Shown here one piece after another: positions 54,568-64,000 of a DNA stretch of 64,000 nucleotides. Within the stretch, counting starts at the first letter, position 1. Every line of letters starts with the position of its first letter. The position numbers and the translations under genes were made by a program. The stretch comes from Minisyncoccota bacterium (GTDB lineage Bacteria > Patescibacteriota > Minisyncoccia > Phycocordibacterales > UBA1550): assembly GCA_023229865.1 (NCBI GenBank), contig JALNYL010000006.1, positions 5,597-69,596 of the forward strand, in the 5' to 3' direction. The notes under the pieces are model-generated. The model worked only from the letters and a program-made list of their open reading frames with translations. It was not told the origin of the DNA and made no database searches.

Positions 54568-55152
54568 ATGACACCAACATACATTATTTTAGCGGTTCTC
54601 GCAGTTATTGTTTTGTGGGCCATTACGGCTTACAACGGTTTTGTTCGTCTCGTAAATCGCACCAAGGAAGCGTGGGCAGATATCGACGTTCAGCTCAAGC
54701 GTCGCTATGACCTTATCCCCAATCTCGTGGAAGCGGTCAAGGGTTATGCAACACACGAGCGTGCAACCCTCGAAGAGGTGCTCGAAGCTCGCTCAAAGGC
54801 GACACAGGTTCACATTGATCCTACCAATATTACTCCCGCACAGATCGCTGCGATGTCTGGGGTAGAAGCATCTCTTGGTCAGTCTCTCGGTAAGCTCCTT
54901 GCTGTCGCAGAGGCATACCCAGACCTCAAGGCAAACCAAAACTTCCTCTCACTTCAGGCAGAACTCGCAGACACTGAGAATAAAATTCAGGCAGCGCGTC
55001 GTTTCTATAACGGCAATGTGCGTGACTTGAGTATTGCGATTGAGTCATTCCCGGGGAACCTCATTGCAAAAATGTTTGGCTTCGTTAAGCAGGAATTCTT
55101 TGAGCTTGGCCAGGATTCTGCAGAGCGCGAGCCAGTAGCGGTAAAGTTTTAG
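54568..55152 (+). CDS. lemA: LemA family protein
   Basis: N-terminal TM + YNGFVRLVNRTKEAWADIDVQLKRRYDLIPNLVE signature. Confidence 0.85.
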   Translation: MTPTYIILAVLAVIVLWAITAYNGFVRLVNRTKEAWADIDVQLKRRYDLIPNLVEAVKGYATHERATLEEVLEARSKATQVHIDPTNITPAQIAAMSGVEASLGQSLGKLLAVAEAYPDLKANQNFLSLQAELADTENKIQAARRFYNGNVRDLSIAIESFPGNLIAKMFGFVKQEFFELGQDSAEREPVAVKF

Positions 55153-55214
55153 TGGAAATTAACGAGCGCAGCGATTATAATTTCCCTAACCCCGTTAAAT
55201 GATTTCAAATTTGT

Positions 55215-55475
55215 ATGAAATTTTACTACGTCTACGTTTTGCGTTCAGACAAAGATAAAAAGTTCTACGTTGGTTATACAGAAAATTTGAAATCACGATT
55301 TGAGCAACATCAAAAAGGACAAGTAGAGTCTACAAAAGACCGCCGTCCACTGAAAGTTGTTTACTCAGAAGCGTGTCTTGATAAACATGATGCTATGCAT
55401 CGCGAGAAATACCTAAAAACAACTTGGGGTAATCGGTTTATTCAAAACAGGCTCAAATCGTATTTAACAGGGTGA
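55215..55475 (+). CDS. GIY-YIG nuclease family small protein (UPF0213)
   Basis: FYYVYVLRSDKDKKFYVGYTENLKSRFEQH. Confidence 0.8.
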   Translation: MKFYYVYVLRSDKDKKFYVGYTENLKSRFEQHQKGQVESTKDRRPLKVVYSEACLDKHDAMHREKYLKTTWGNRFIQNRLKSYLTG

Positions 55476-55512
55476 TGGTTTTTATAGTCGTTACTCTCCT
55501 TAAAAATCAATC

Positions 55513-56418
55513 ATGGTATCACTTTATACACACCAGGCCCAAAACGTACGCAAGACATGGTTCCTCATGACTATGTTTTTCGTTGTGGTTATTGGTATTG
55601 CGTGGGCGTTTAGTTATATTCTTCAAAATCCAGCGATACTCTATATTGGTGTCATCTTTAGTATTGGAATGAACATTTGGAGCTATTGGTATTCAGATAC
55701 GTTGGTTATCAAAATGTCAGGAGCCGTGCCCATCACGCGTGAACAATATTTTGATCTCTGGAATGCGGTTGAAAATCTCTCTATTACGGCAGGGCTCCCC
55801 ATGCCCAAGGTGTACATCATCAACGATGCTTCGCCCAACGCTTTTGCAACAGGGCGCGACAAGGATCATGCTGCTGTGGCGGTGACGACAGGGCTCCTCA
55901 GTCTGCTTAATAAAAATGAGCTTGAGGGTGTCATTGCACACGAGCTCTCGCATATCGGCAATCGTGATATTCTCCTCGGTACGGTCGTTGTGGTACTCGT
56001 TGGTTTCATCGCCATTTTGTCGGACATGTTTATGAGGTCAATGTTTTTGGGTGGAGACAATCGCAATCGTGGTGACGGTCGTCTCATGATTATTCTTATG
56101 ATTGTGGGAGTTGTCCTCGCTATCCTCGCGCCTATTATTGCAAAGCTCATTCAGCTCGCCATCTCGCGCAAGCGTGAGTTTCTTGCGGACGCATCGGGAG
56201 CACTCCTTACGCGTTACCCCGAAGGACTCGCCTCCGCGCTCGAAAAGATTTCTGGATATCCACACGGACTTCAAAAGGTAAGCACTGCGACGGCACATCT
56301 CTACATTGCAAATCCGCTCAAGGACGGCAAGGCAGTGTCATTTTTGAGTAAGCTCTTTGCGACACATCCCGCCGCGGAAGATCGCATTGCGGCGCTCCGA
56401 GGAATGGAACGCAATTAG
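55513..56418 (+). CDS. htpX: HtpX-like M48 zinc metalloprotease
   Basis: HELSHIGNRD (HExxH), TM helices. Confidence 0.85.
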   Translation: MVSLYTHQAQNVRKTWFLMTMFFVVVIGIAWAFSYILQNPAILYIGVIFSIGMNIWSYWYSDTLVIKMSGAVPITREQYFDLWNAVENLSITAGLPMPKVYIINDASPNAFATGRDKDHAAVAVTTGLLSLLNKNELEGVIAHELSHIGNRDILLGTVVVVLVGFIAILSDMFMRSMFLGGDNRNRGDGRLMIILMIVGVVLAILAPIIAKLIQLAISRKREFLADASGALLTRYPEGLASALEKISGYPHGLQKVSTATAHLYIANPLKDGKAVSFLSKLFATHPAAEDRIAALRGMERN

Positions 56419-56474
56419 TTCCTCGTGTGGTTATCCGTGGACAAAGTATCCTATATTCTCTACAATACTAATAT

Positions 56475-56855
56475 ATGAACGAAAACAAAAAAATCATTCT
56501 GGTGGTGGAAGACGAAGAGCCTCTTCAACTTGTGCTTCGCGACATCCTTACAACCGAAGGATACAAAGTGTTTGAAGCGAAAAACGGAGTCGAAGGACTT
56601 GAAATTGCGCTCCATGAACACCCACATTTGATTCTCCTTGATATTCTTATGCCAAAGATGGACGGTCTTGAAATGCTCAAGAAACTCCGCGAGGATGCAT
56701 GGGGCAAGACAGCGTCGGTTATCGTACTTACTAATTTGAGTGACAATGAAGATGTGGCAAAGGCGGTAGAGAGTGATGTTTTCGAATACTTTGTAAAATC
56801 TGACATTAAGATTGATGAAGTGATTGCGCGTATCCGCGAGAAGATAGGGAAGTAG
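56475..56855 (+). CDS. single-domain response regulator (CheY-like receiver)
   Basis: KIILVVEDEE...LILLDILMPKMDG. Confidence 0.8.
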   Translation: MNENKKIILVVEDEEPLQLVLRDILTTEGYKVFEAKNGVEGLEIALHEHPHLILLDILMPKMDGLEMLKKLREDAWGKTASVIVLTNLSDNEDVAKAVESDVFEYFVKSDIKIDEVIARIREKIGK

Positions 56856-56867
56856 AAGGTGGTGACT

Positions 56868-56912
56868 AAAAACAGCGCCCGCGATTCGACCGAATCGCGG
56901 GCGCTGTTTTTA
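56868..56912. terminator. terminator hairpin (AAAACAGCGCCCGCGATTCG-AC-CGAATCGCGGGCGCTGTTTT) sharing core with the 54416 terminator
   Basis: seen in sequence. Confidence 0.65.
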
Positions 56913-56931
56913 ATACCCGACACCTGCATCA

Positions 56932-57504
56932 CTACGCCAATTTCTTTCCGAGCAAATATACTTTGTTTAAGAATTTTTTTCTTTGGTCTTCGGTTGAGTC
57001 GATGATTGGTCCGACGTAGGTAACACAACTTGTTTTGATACCGCAGAATCCGAGAACTCTGTCTTTGAGTTGGCGAACACTTGGTGAACCAAATACAAAA
57101 CGGTAAACCAAGAGGGGAGTGTTGAGGGTGAGAATGATGTGCGCAGTCTTGCCTTTCAAAAGTTTTTTCTGGAATGGATTTTTTGGAGTAAATTTGTACG
57201 CAAATCCTGGGGTGAAAATCATATCAACAAAAATCTTGAAGAGGGCAGGGAAGCTCGCCCACCAAACAGGGTGAAAGAAGACGAGGTGGTCTGCCCATGA
57301 AATATCCGCTTGCGCATTTTTAATATCGTCGCCAATCGGCCCTCTTCCGCAACAGCGCAAATAGTTTTCAAGCGCCATGTCGGTGACGTGGATAGTGCGC
57401 ACCTCTGCGCCACTTTCCTGCGCCCCTCGAACGTAGTTCTCGAGAAGTGCACTATTAAAACTATTTTTGTTGGGATGCCCGTTGATTGCCAATATTTTTT
57501 TCAT
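56932..57504 (-). CDS. flavodoxin-like NAD(P)H dehydrogenase (quinone) family protein
   Basis: MKKILAINGHPNKNSFNSAL N-terminal flavodoxin_2 signature. Confidence 0.7.
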   Translation of the reverse strand: MKKILAINGHPNKNSFNSALLENYVRGAQESGAEVRTIHVTDMALENYLRCCGRGPIGDDIKNAQADISWADHLVFFHPVWWASFPALFKIFVDMIFTPGFAYKFTPKNPFQKKLLKGKTAHIILTLNTPLLVYRFVFGSPSVRQLKDRVLGFCGIKTSCVTYVGPIIDSTEDQRKKFLNKVYLLGKKLA

Positions 57505-57576
57505 ATGCGTTCTATAATATAGAAGAGTGCGGCTCGGGTCAATGATTTTTGGGCTGCATTTGGTATTATTAGCAGT

Positions 57577-58101
57577 ATGAAATATGTCGCACTTCTCCGA
57601 GGAATAAATGTTGGGGGAAATAATAAAGTTGAGATGTCGAAGCTCAAGAAAGTATTTAAGGATTTGGGTTACGAAAATGTTTTGACTTATATAAACTCAG
57701 GCAATGTTATTTTTGACGCCGATAAAACAGATGTTTCTGTGATTGAACGAGCACTCAAAAAGAATTTCAAATTTGATATCAAGGTAGTTGTACGTGACTT
57801 AAAAAACATCCAGAAGCTTTGTAAGGCAATTCCAAAAGAGTGGGTGAATGACCCTGAGCAAAAAACAGACGTCCTCTTTTTGTGGGAGGAGTACGACAAT
57901 AAGAAATCTTTGGACCTAATCAATATCAACAAAGATGTTGATAACCTACTATACGTCTCTGGTGCTATCGTGTGGAACGTACAAAGAAAAGACTACAAAA
58001 AAAGCGGCATGAACAAATTAATCGGCACGCCAGTGTATAAACATATGACGTCGAGGAATGTAAACACAACGAGGAAGTTGCTGGAGCTGGTGGGGAAGTA
58101 A
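57577..58101 (+). CDS. DUF1697 family protein
   Basis: MKYVALLRGINVGGNNKV N-terminal signature. Confidence 0.75.
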   Translation: MKYVALLRGINVGGNNKVEMSKLKKVFKDLGYENVLTYINSGNVIFDADKTDVSVIERALKKNFKFDIKVVVRDLKNIQKLCKAIPKEWVNDPEQKTDVLFLWEEYDNKKSLDLININKDVDNLLYVSGAIVWNVQRKDYKKSGMNKLIGTPVYKHMTSRNVNTTRKLLELVGK

Positions 58102-58106
58102 TGGGA

Positions 58107-58808
58107 TTAAAAGTAATGGCTCAATAAGTAGTCAATATCATTCTTCTCGTCCCACAACTTTTTCATTCTTGGAAACATTCTTTTGTGCACAGGGTCATAA
58201 GGCTCACTTTTTGTTTTCAATATTTTTTGATAAGGTTTCCATGCTTCAATTACGAGGTTGAATGTTTCGGAAATATTCCATACATATTTTGGATTCTTGC
58301 CTTCGAATTCATCATCTTCGCTTATTCCGTATTTTGTCTTCAAATAATCGAAAAACATGAAATGAAGCATTTCGTGAGATATTGTCTGAACTCCTAGACG
58401 CGAGCTTGTGTGCAGACCGGGGAAATAAAAAATTTTATCCTGCACGTTCCTTGGGTACATGTTGAATACACTCGCATAACCAATATATTTTCCTTTTGGC
58501 CAAGGGTGATTTTTGAAAATAATGTTCACCAAATCAAAATACTTATTTTCTGCCAGTTCCCAGCCTTTTTTTATGCTCTCGGTGTCCTGAGTAATCTTTC
58601 TTTTTTCAGTTTTAAATCTCTCCTTAACGTATTTTGAGACTTCATTCTCCGCTTCTTTTTTGGAGTAATCTTTATTTAAAATATAATGCAACTTAGTTGG
58701 TAGAAACATGTCCAAGAGTTTTGTCCACGAGTACTTTCGAAAAAGGATATAATTTTTTATATCTTGACTAGCACTTATTAGAAGTCTAACTTTTGGGTTT
58801 TTCTTCAT
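58107..58808 (-). CDS. hypothetical protein with HExxH (SHEMLHF) motif; N-terminus of track ORF (to 59015) overlaps tRNA-Ser and is not translated
   Basis: ATG at 58808 just downstream of tRNA; possible metallopeptidase motif. Confidence 0.45.
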   Translation of the reverse strand: MKKNPKVRLLISASQDIKNYILFRKYSWTKLLDMFLPTKLHYILNKDYSKKEAENEVSKYVKERFKTEKRKITQDTESIKKGWELAENKYFDLVNIIFKNHPWPKGKYIGYASVFNMYPRNVQDKIFYFPGLHTSSRLGVQTISHEMLHFMFFDYLKTKYGISEDDEFEGKNPKYVWNISETFNLVIEAWKPYQKILKTKSEPYDPVHKRMFPRMKKLWDEKNDIDYLLSHYF

Positions 58809-58818
58809 AGAATTTTTG

Positions 58819-58905
58819 CGGAGGATGAGGGATTTGAACCCTCGAACGAGTTGCCCCGTTGCCACCTTTCCAAGATGGTGCACTAGACCGCTATGCGAAT
58901 CCTCC
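58819..58905 (-). tRNA. tRNA-Ser (anticodon GGA), long variable arm, CCA not encoded
   Basis: minus-strand GGAGGATTCGCATAGCGGTCTAGTGCACCATCTTGGAAAGGTGG...GAGGGTTCAAATCCCTCATCCTCCG. Confidence 0.8.
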
Positions 58906-59001
58906 CGGTACGCATGTAACTGTAACAAAAAGGGGAATAAACAGCAAAATAGGTGGGGGAGGGTTGCAAAAAACGCGCCAATCTGGTAATCTTTGCCCAT
59001 T

Positions 59002-59211
59002 ATGAAGAAAGACATCCACCCAGCATATCATCAGGAATCGGCAGTTACTTGCTCTTGTGGCGAGAAATTCACCGTTGGCTCAACAATGCCAAAGATTGAC
59101 GTTGAAATCTGTAGCTCATGTCACCCATTCTTTACGGGAGAGGAAAAGGTTCTCGACCAGGGTGGACGCGTAGAGCGTTTTAAGAAGCGCGCAGCTGCGA
59201 CAAAGAAGTAG
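59002..59211 (+). CDS. rpmE: 50S ribosomal protein L31
   Basis: [10 protein letters not shown]...CSCG...[10 protein letters not shown]. Confidence 0.85.
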   Translation: MKKDIHPAYHQESAVTCSCGEKFTVGSTMPKIDVEICSSCHPFFTGEEKVLDQGGRVERFKKRAAATKK

Positions 59212-59289
59212 CGAAGCAGAGAAACCCACAAGAGTTATTTCTTAGTGGGTTTTTCTTTTGCGTATAGAAATCATGCTAAACTAATCAAT

Positions 59290-60255
59290 ATGGATCCCGA
59301 AACTTTTAAAGCAAATCACAAGACAAAATATCTCGCCGATGAGTACGAGCGTCTTTTGACTGCGGAGACAGAGGTCAAAGAAATGATTGTCGCCGACCCA
59401 GCGTTTGCCGAACTTGGAGCAGAAGAGCAAACAAATCTTCGTACACAAATCGATACGCTCGAAAAGCAGATGACAGAAATCATTGAGAGAGACAAAGAGG
59501 AAGAAGTAAAACCAAAAGAAATTATTCTTGAGGTACGTGCGGGTGCAGGTGGCGAAGAAGCAGCTATTTTTGCGCAGGATCTCGCGATGATGTACGAGCG
59601 CTTTGCTGAGAAAAAAGGATGGGAATTCAAAAAGCTCGATGAACACCAGAGCGAAATGGGTGGTTACAAAGAAGCATCATTTGAAATCAAAAACAAAGAT
59701 GCCTACGAGATGCTCCGTTGGGAGACTGGCGTACATCGCGTGCAGCGCATCCCTGCTACTGAAAAGATGGGACGTGTGCATACTTCAACCGCATCAGTAG
59801 TAGTGCTTCCTATTTACCCTGTGACGAAATACGAAATAAACCCAGCAGATATTGAAATGGAGTTTTGTCGTGCGGGTGGTGCTGGTGGGCAAAACGTGAA
59901 CAAAGTTGAGACCGCCGTCCGCCTCATTCACAAGCCTACGGGTCTCGCGGTACGTTGTTCCAACGAACGCAGTCAACTCAAGAACCGCGAAACGGCGATG
60001 TCGATGCTCATCGCGCGCCTCGAGGATATCGACCGCGCAAAAAAGGAGAGTGATGTGTCCGCAGACCGTAAGGGGCAAATCGGCACCGGCGACCGCTCGG
60101 AGAAGATTCGTACCTACAACATTCTTCAGGACCGCATCACTGACCATCGCATCAAGCAGTCATGGAGCAACATTGAGAAAATTTTTGCCGGCAATATCGA
60201 ACCCATCCTTGAAGCCTGCGCCGCAGGGACAGTGGGAGATGCGGAGGAGGAGTAA
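59290..60255 (+). CDS. prfA: peptide chain release factor 1 (start 59290 or 59245)
   Basis: GGQ motif [24 protein letters not shown]; PxT-type region. Confidence 0.9.
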   Translation: MDPETFKANHKTKYLADEYERLLTAETEVKEMIVADPAFAELGAEEQTNLRTQIDTLEKQMTEIIERDKEEEVKPKEIILEVRAGAGGEEAAIFAQDLAMMYERFAEKKGWEFKKLDEHQSEMGGYKEASFEIKNKDAYEMLRWETGVHRVQRIPATEKMGRVHTSTASVVVLPIYPVTKYEINPADIEMEFCRAGGAGGQNVNKVETAVRLIHKPTGLAVRCSNERSQLKNRETAMSMLIARLEDIDRAKKESDVSADRKGQIGTGDRSEKIRTYNILQDRITDHRIKQSWSNIEKIFAGNIEPILEACAAGTVGDAEEE

Positions 60256-60340
60256 AAATTTGTAAAAAAAAAACAATAGTGTGCTACAGTGGCAAAACCT
60301 TTGCAATTTTGCATAGGCAACTGTTCTTTTGGAGGTTTAC

Positions 60341-60889
60341 ATGAAAAAGTTTCTCACTGCTGGCAAATTTTTCTTTGCCGTCTTCTGCGCTATCTTTTTG
60401 ATGGCGGGTAAAAGTTATGCTGGCTGGCATGAATTGGCTCAATCTGACAGGAATCAACGTATTGTTGCTCAAGCGCAACACGACCTCTACTTGGTTGGGG
60501 GTGAGTGCAAGGTGTGGGCTTATGATGTGGTGCGCGTAGCTTCGAATCAGGCTGGTGGTTCAGGGGTGCCGGTTCCCCTCCCTGCTACGGATAACGGGGG
60601 GTACGGCTACGCTTGGCTCTATAGCAGTAACGTTTTTTCGTACGGAGCCCTCAATCCTAGCCAGATGGTCCCCGGCATGATCGTTCAGATGCGAGTTCGT
60701 TACGCCAATGGCACCTATGGGCCACATACGGCCATTGTGTTTGCGAATTCAGCGTCTGCGCACCAGCTCACCTTTATCGAGAGTAATTATCAAGGTGACT
60801 ACACGGTGCGAATGCGAAATGTTTACTGGACTGATTTCACGGCGTCAGTAGAGCCAACGAGTCACTATACGGTGTACACCATAAAATAA
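60341..60889 (+). CDS. secreted CHAP/NlpC-P60-like putative peptidoglycan hydrolase
   Basis: signal peptide; GGECKVWAYDVV (Cys) ... PGMIVQM...YGPHTAIVF (His) CHAP-like spacing; perfect SD GGAGG. Confidence 0.5.
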   Translation: MKKFLTAGKFFFAVFCAIFLMAGKSYAGWHELAQSDRNQRIVAQAQHDLYLVGGECKVWAYDVVRVASNQAGGSGVPVPLPATDNGGYGYAWLYSSNVFSYGALNPSQMVPGMIVQMRVRYANGTYGPHTAIVFANSASAHQLTFIESNYQGDYTVRMRNVYWTDFTASVEPTSHYTVYTIK

Positions 60890-60965
60890 AGCATCCAAGC
60901 TTATTTGTATCTTTGTGATACAATGGACAGTGTAGAAACTGTCCATTTTTTATTTTTAAATTTTT

Positions 60966-61538
60966 ATGAAAAAGTATTCTCAGCTCCTAATTTTAATAAC
61001 AGCATTATTGTTCGCGTTTTCTTTATTTTTTTTATATAACAATATTAAAACAACAAAGAGAGTAGATACTGGCTGGGCGCGATATGCTAATACAGAGCTT
61101 GGCTTCTCGTTTGAGTATCCTTTTAATGAGATTAGTCCAACCCCTGATCAATCTTATGGAAACTTTGTCGTGCGGTTGGATAGTAACTCTCGCAATCCAG
61201 AGAAAAGCCTCCCAGCCGTTAGTTCTAAAATTGTTGTTATTAGCCCGATACCAGATGTCCCAGTAGGGGTGGTGTCTGTGGATGATTGGATTAATCTGAT
61301 TTCAGAAAGGAGCAAGACTAGTGTTGGGGGTAATCCATTTACTAATTTAAGATATGAAGTAATGGGCAAAAAAAGAGTAGCAATTTTTTCCCCTTCAGAA
61401 AGAGGAGCTTCTTCAGACGTGTCCATCTTGTTTTTTTACAATAAACAGCTGTATTCTTTTGTGATTAGTAATTTCCCAGTAGAAGAAACTGAGCGGATTT
61501 GGAAAAGTTTTAAATTTTTGAACAATAGTGATTTGTAA
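60966..61538 (+). CDS. secreted hypothetical protein
   Basis: signal peptide/TM anchor. Confidence 0.45.
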   Translation: MKKYSQLLILITALLFAFSLFFLYNNIKTTKRVDTGWARYANTELGFSFEYPFNEISPTPDQSYGNFVVRLDSNSRNPEKSLPAVSSKIVVISPIPDVPVGVVSVDDWINLISERSKTSVGGNPFTNLRYEVMGKKRVAIFSPSERGASSDVSILFFYNKQLYSFVISNFPVEETERIWKSFKFLNNSDL

Positions 61539-61600
61539 TTCATTTAAACATCTAGTAATATCATCGCCAGTATATTGATAGATGTGTCCAGGAGGTAATA

Positions 61601-62044
61601 ATGTTCTTTAGAATTTTTATTGTATTTGCAATTCTTCTTTTTGTTTTTAGCGGTGTTAATTTGGTGACAGATGAAGATGAACCCCCGATTTCTTTTAAGC
61701 AAGAAATAGTTCAAGTTGCGCCACGGCAGAACGAGCTGGCAAAAGTAAAAGATGAATGTAAAAGTTTCATGGCGACCCGCTCTGGTAAAGTTTGTGTTTC
61801 GTCTGGTGTGAGCCCACAAAACGAAAAGGACCTTCCCGCTAATTCTTCAACTGCAGGAATCGTACCTAGTGGAAGCGAACCTCTTTTGCAGGGGTCCTCC
61901 GAGAATCCTACTATTGATAGTACCTCTTTTAAGGAAGGGGTTGAGCCAGAAACTATTACCGAGAGAGAAAATCCAAAGATTGAACCCGGGACAATTTTTA
62001 TTCCATTTTATTACAAAAACTGCGGTTTGTTTTGCAAGCAATAA
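61601..62044 (+). CDS. secreted hypothetical protein
   Basis: signal peptide; SD GGAGG. Confidence 0.45.
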   Translation: MFFRIFIVFAILLFVFSGVNLVTDEDEPPISFKQEIVQVAPRQNELAKVKDECKSFMATRSGKVCVSSGVSPQNEKDLPANSSTAGIVPSGSEPLLQGSSENPTIDSTSFKEGVEPETITERENPKIEPGTIFIPFYYKNCGLFCKQ

Positions 62045-62252
62045 AACATTTAACCCTTGATGGCCTTAGAAAGACGTCGAGGGTTTATTTTTTGGGTCGG
62101 GGACGGTGGGGGATGCCGCAGACGAGGAATAATCTTGCCTTTTGAGGCACTTTCTGGTAAACTCAACATCTAAATAAGGAACAAGTAGATAAGGCTATGA
62201 GTGTCTTCTTGTACTTTTTAAACATTTAAAACCTAGCCAAAATAATATAATA

Positions 62253-62948
62253 ATGACAAAAACAGTAGACAACCAGCTTATTACCGAAATGTTTGCCGCA
62301 GGCGCGCATTTCGGCTACACACGTTCACGCCGTCACCCATCAGTAAAGCCATTTATTTTCGGTACCAAAAACGGTATTGAGATTATGGATCTCGAGAAGA
62401 CAAGCGTTGAACTCGAGAAGGCGAAGGAGTTTGTAAAGACACTCGCCAAGGGTGGGAAGCAGATTCTTTTTGTAGGAACGAAGAGTGAATCAAAAAAGGT
62501 TGTTGAAGACGGCGCCGCATCTATCGATATGCCGTTCGTTGTAGAGCGTTGGGTAGGTGGTGTCCTCACCAACTTCCCTGAGATCAAGAAGCGCGTCGCA
62601 CTCCTTGAGGACCTCCGCGCCAAGAAGGAAAAAGGCGAGCTCGCTATGTACACCAAGAAAGAGCGTTCACTTATCGACAAGGATATTGAGCGCCTTGAGA
62701 GAAACTTCGCCGGCGTTGTTTCAATGAAGGATGTTCCTGCTGCTCTCTTTGTTATCGACCCTCGTAAAGAAGCTATCGCTATCAAAGAAGCACAGTTCCT
62801 CAATATTCCTATTATCGCTCTTGCAAGTTCAGACTGTAATTTGAAGGAAGTTGACTTTGCCATCCCTGGCAACGACTCAGCTGTTTCAAGTGTTAGTTTC
62901 TTTGTGAATCAGATTACAAAGGCTTTCAAGGATGGACGTAACGCGTAA
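62253..62948 (+). CDS. rpsB: 30S ribosomal protein S2
   Basis: LITEMFAAGAHFGYTRSRRHPSVKPFIFGTKNGIEIMDLEKT. Confidence 0.9.
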   Translation: MTKTVDNQLITEMFAAGAHFGYTRSRRHPSVKPFIFGTKNGIEIMDLEKTSVELEKAKEFVKTLAKGGKQILFVGTKSESKKVVEDGAASIDMPFVVERWVGGVLTNFPEIKKRVALLEDLRAKKEKGELAMYTKKERSLIDKDIERLERNFAGVVSMKDVPAALFVIDPRKEAIAIKEAQFLNIPIIALASSDCNLKEVDFAIPGNDSAVSSVSFFVNQITKAFKDGRNA

Positions 62949-62981
62949 GTTTGCTTTTAACCTTTAGACTATATATTTACT

Positions 62982-63443
62982 ATGGCTACTATTACTACAG
63001 AACAAATCAAAGAATTGCGTGAATTGACGGGTATCTCTGTTATGCAGTGTAAGAAGGCGCTCGAAGAAGCCGACGGCGACAAAGAGAAGGCGCTTCTTGT
63101 TCTCCGTGAGAGAAGTGAGGCTATTGCAGAAAAGAAAGGCGACCGTGAACTCGGCGCGGGTGTTGTCGATGCATATATCCACAGCACAAAGATGATGGGA
63201 TCTCTCATCGAGCTTTCTTGTGAGACTGACTTCGTTGCACGCAACGAGGAATTCATTGGAATCGCACGTGATATTGCTATGCATATTACCGCGGTTGGGC
63301 CTGCTGATGTTGCAGAGCTCCTCGAGCAGCCATTCATCAAGAATCCAGAGATCACTATCAAGCAGGTTCTTGACGGTGGTGTACAGAAGTTTGGTGAGAA
63401 GATCGCTGTTTCTCGCTTCACACGTTTCGCAGTAGGGGAATAG
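62982..63443 (+). CDS. tsf: elongation factor Ts (short form)
   Basis: ITTEQIKELRELTGISVMQCKKALEEADGD UBA-like N-terminus; position after rpsB. Confidence 0.85.
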   Translation: MATITTEQIKELRELTGISVMQCKKALEEADGDKEKALLVLRERSEAIAEKKGDRELGAGVVDAYIHSTKMMGSLIELSCETDFVARNEEFIGIARDIAMHITAVGPADVAELLEQPFIKNPEITIKQVLDGGVQKFGEKIAVSRFTRFAVGE

Positions 63444-63522
63444 TGGAATAGTAGTTAGTCACGAGCGATTAGGACGCAAATGGGTTCCTATTAGCTATTG
63501 GCTAGCAACTAACATCTAGTCT

Positions 63523-63915
63523 ATGACTGTCATCATTACATTATTTTATCTTTCCCTTGTAACCATTATCGGAATGGTCGCGTGGAAACTTGTGTCTCTG
63601 CGCAACCTCAAGCTCTCGCTTGTGGAAGGTGTTGAGAAAGAGCTCCATGGTAAGCTCTATGAAAATATTCACCGTGCGTGGTATTTGTTTAAGGAGAAGG
63701 TGTGGGCAAGGGTAAAATATTTTTCATTGGCACTTTTCTTTACGATCGCTCACGAAGTCCTTCATTATGTAGGGGTGTGGGGGATGAAGCTCAAGCAGCG
63801 CCACGGGAAGTGGTTTGATATGGTGGAGGGCAAGGGGGTGCTTCGCAAAAAGGGTTCCGTTTCATTTTTCCTTCAAGATGTGGCGGAATACAAAAAGACG
63901 TTGAAAAGGAAATAA
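63523..63915 (+). CDS. hypothetical membrane protein
   Basis: two TM helices. Confidence 0.4.
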   Translation: MTVIITLFYLSLVTIIGMVAWKLVSLRNLKLSLVEGVEKELHGKLYENIHRAWYLFKEKVWARVKYFSLALFFTIAHEVLHYVGVWGMKLKQRHGKWFDMVEGKGVLRKKGSVSFFLQDVAEYKKTLKRK

Positions 63916-63982
63916 AAAGGGGACTGGCAGAAAAAGTTTGAGTATGCTATCTTATTAAAACTGTTTGAAGGTTAAACAGTGT

Positions 63983-64000
63983 GCCAGAATAGCTCAGTTG
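63983..64000 (+). tRNA. 5' end of a tRNA gene (GCCAGAATAGCTCAGTTG...), truncated by window end
   Basis: acceptor + D-arm consensus TAGCTCAGTTGG. Confidence 0.45.

Noticed and set aside
1-64000. CRISPR arrays, rRNA genes, group II introns, retron-like ncRNA/RT
   Set aside because: No regularly spaced direct repeats, no rRNA-like conserved stretches and no reverse-transcriptase motifs (YxDD) were seen anywhere in the window.

Overview
The window looks like an AT-rich, small-genome bacterium (CPR/Patescibacteria-like: short aaRS, tRNAs without encoded CCA, many small secreted hypotheticals). Two accessory regions take up its first third.

(i) A large GC-rich (~55-60%) integrated mobile element at ~2.38-19.66 kb carries a large serine recombinase, RadC, an IHF/HU-like protein and two FtsK/HerA/TraG-family ATPases. 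Its cargo, encoded almost entirely on the minus strand, is secreted or 'weapon-like': a radical-SAM/SPASM maturase with a previously unannotated 59-aa Cys-rich precursor peptide (candidate RiPP cluster); an orphan Rhs C-terminal toxin module (PxxxxDPxGL junction plus HExxH domain) with an exported immunity candidate; a transglutaminase-like secreted protein; a Serratia-type secreted nuclease with a coupled lipoprotein; an NC-domain protein; and an XRE regulator with a palindromic operator.

(ii) The low-GC regions flanking the element hold an RloC/PrrC-like ABC ATPase operon (truncated at the window start) on the left and four uncharacterised genes (19.8-23.6 kb) on the right. Together they look like a defense/accessory island that the element inserted into.

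The rest is core genome: ftsA-ftsZ, valS, hisS, lepB, pth, rnj, tsaD, trxB, prmC, prfA, rpsB-tsf, rpmE, rpsU, secG, ybeY, lemA-htpX, and seven tRNA genes (one partial).

Non-coding points of interest: a 3-4 copy ~110-nt structured repeat family that always follows a terminator hairpin next to tRNAs and shows compensatory base changes in a conserved hairpin; duplicated or inverted tRNA 3'-end fragments next to tRNA-Arg, tRNA-Phe and tRNA-Val; and several apparently leaderless promoters. No CRISPR array and no rRNA were seen.

Coordinates I derived by hand may be off by +/-1-3 nt.
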